Source: Callorhinchus milii
Taxonomy: Eukaryota
DNA: 64,000 nt
Direction: 5' to 3'
Assembly (NCBI RefSeq): GCF_018977255.1
Contig: NW_024704765.1
Span: forward strand, 9,238,001 to 9,302,000
This document shows, in pieces, positions 61,901-64,000 of the stretch. A model generated the notes under the pieces. That model was given only the letters and a program-made list of their open reading frames with translations, was not told where the DNA came from and made no database searches. A program made the translations under genes and the position numbers. Within the stretch, counting starts at the first letter, position 1. Each line of letters starts with the position of its first letter.

Positions 61901-63753
61901 TTCCGGGAGAGAAAGCGCTTAGAGCAAGCAGGGCACTGCGGGCAGGAGGGAGACGTTTATTCAGCAGAGTTAAAAAAATTTGGCACAGCGCCTTATGTGC
62001 CTTATCACGTCTTCGAGACAACTCAAAACGCTTCGCAAGAATATACTGTAAAACAAATGGACTACGTGTTCTGTGGGCGAAAATGCGGCAGCCAATTGCG
62101 CACAGCGGCGTCCCACAAACAGTCGTGGATCGAGTGATGAAATTTATTTTATTTATTTGCGGAGGGATTATTCTTATCCCTGGAAAGCGATCTGCAAATT
62201 GACCAATGACTCGGTTCCTACTTACCGCTAGGTAAACAGAGGCGTGTGGAGTGAGGAAATTTGTTGAGGTTTCACCCTGCCATACCTATACGCCCAACAC
62301 TGGGAGCCTGGCACTGGGGAGCGGTGAGCACGGCCACAACGCCTCACACAGCAGCTCACAACGACAGTGGACAAACTGGTGACCGTTTCCCTTCTCTCCC
62401 CCTCCCCGCCCGCCCGCCCCAACCATCTCTCAGTTACTCACTCCATGAGGTTTTGGAGCTCCGTGGGATTTGATCATGTGACTCTGCAAGTCTCTCTTCT
62501 GCATGAACTGGTGGGGGCATGACAGGCACTGGAAGGGTTAAAGCAGAACAGGAATCGCTTAACCAGGTGGGACTGAGGATCGGTAGATAGAGACACACAC
62601 AGAATCACGTGCGCGCGCAGAGAAAGAGACACACACACAGGCACGCACAGACAGACAGAGAGAGAGAGAGACAGAGACAGACACACACACACCACCCAGA
62701 AACAACACAAGTAAACAAATTGTTTGGGAGATGAGAAATGGCTAGTCCTGAACGCAGCAGGCAACATCCGCCAAAGGCCAAGCGGGTCTGCTGGCTGCTG
62801 AGATTCGGATCAAGCACATGCAATGTGATCAGATATTCACAAACATCGGAGCGAACCTGGTTTAGAAGAACGTGTGCGAGCAGCAGATGCACTGGATTTA
62901 AACGAAAACGCCTCGGATTCCACACAGTCATCTGAATCTCTGACAGCTCCAAACCCAGGAATTAAACAACTTTTAAGGTGGGGTGGGGGGGGGGGTGAAA
63001 CAAAATAAATTGCTGGACACAATGAGATTGCTCAAGGTCAGTTTGCACCAGCGCTCTCTCACCTTGTATGGCATCTCACCCGTGTGAGACACCACGTGTT
63101 TTCTAAGTTCAATCCTTCCTTTGAACGTCTCCTTGCATTCGGGACAGGTGTAAATCTGTCACAAAAACAATACAGTCAGAACAACAACATGGGGAGGTGC
63201 GGGGGGGTGAGAATGGTGTCATATCGGGGGCGGAAAGCAGCTTGGGTCGAGGGCGGCAGCCAAAGCGCGCACCCCGAGACTAAGAGCCAGCGATCGATCA
63301 GAGGGTCAGTGTGAAATGGGTCGTGGAGAAGAAGGACTACCCAAGGACAACTAAAGACACAGCACTCATCTTCCCCCCCCCCAACCCCAGCTCCTAGCTG
63401 GACAGTCATCCTGGACGACTGCAAGCTCAAAATCCCTATCGCGAGGAGGGGGGCTTCAACCCACAACCTTGCTAGCCAGAGGCCGCGAGCGACTGAACCC
63501 GGCTGCGACAGCTAACTGTGGGGCCCAGCCATGTCTGGACTGGAGGCGTTCAGAGTGACAATAAATATCAAAAACATATAAGCGGGCGTTAAAAATAACC
63601 CGCGACTATAATTTTGTGTTAAGGGGTTTTGCTTCACGTACCACGTCCGCTCTAGTCAGGCAGTTCCTGGCCTCGTGTTTCAGCAGGTTTTCCTTCCTGA
63701 AGTAACACTTTCCACATTTGCTGCATTTAAACGGTTTCTCTCCCGTGTGTTTC
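58915..63753 (-). CDS. ZBTB48: ZBTB48 / TZAP telomeric zinc-finger protein, 3' eight coding exons (C2H2 array and C-terminal arm); BTB exon lies beyond the window
   Basis: Exons 63642-63753, 63063-63155, 62442-62528, 61781-61935, 60765-60901, 60424-60588, 59630-59718, 58915-59226, all in phase. Diagnostic peptides [45 protein letters not shown] and [15 protein letters not shown]. Confidence 0.95.
61985..62290 (-). mobile_element. SINE family A copy in ZBTB48 intron
   Basis: gcggcagccaattgcgcacagc...cccacaaacagtcgtgg...ctaggtaaacagaggcg matches the family body in reverse. Confidence 0.7.
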
Positions 63754-64000
63754 CTGAAGACAAGACAAAACAAGATAGCGTGAGAGGGAGGTGGGTAGGG
63801 GGGGGCGGGGGAGGAAGGGGTCAGTCAGTACATTGCATCTCAAGTGTGCTGCCGCATTTGCCTACATATACACACGGTCATTCCATTTCCCAGTACATCC
63901 CATGAAGCGCTTTGAGATGTCCTTCGGATATGAAATAATAATCCTTGCATTTGCATCTTCAAGACGTCTCAAAAGATACACACACGCAGCTCTAATTTTA

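Overview
Vertebrate genomic DNA. It is most likely a cartilaginous fish such as Callorhinchus, inferred from the SINE/L2 repertoire, compact introns and protein divergence. The window holds the gene block syntenic with human 1p36.31: CAMTA1 (first coding exon only, -), DNAJC11 (16 exons, +, 558 aa), THAP3 (-), PHF13 (-, partial), KLHL21 (+) and ZBTB48/TZAP (last 8 exons, -). Exons were delimited by hand from GT-AG sites and reading phase. The segment 27582-41217 is repeated at 41243-52512 across a 25-N gap. The copies carry 1-bp indels near the gap and complementary pieces of PHF13, which points to a false (assembly/haplotype) duplication rather than a real one. The rest is tRNA-derived SINEs, Deu-domain SINEs, L2/CR1 fragments, microsatellites, a pyrimidine minisatellite and seven N gaps. 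I found no convincing previously undescribed biological system. The best leads are small: a candidate alternative CAMTA1 first exon (MAH), a dual-frame CAMTA1 exon 1 with a start-stop uORF, a duplicated splice donor in DNAJC11, a SINE-derived ZBTB48 stop codon, a retroposon-tail splice acceptor for KLHL21, and GC-enriched SINE copies at CpG islands.
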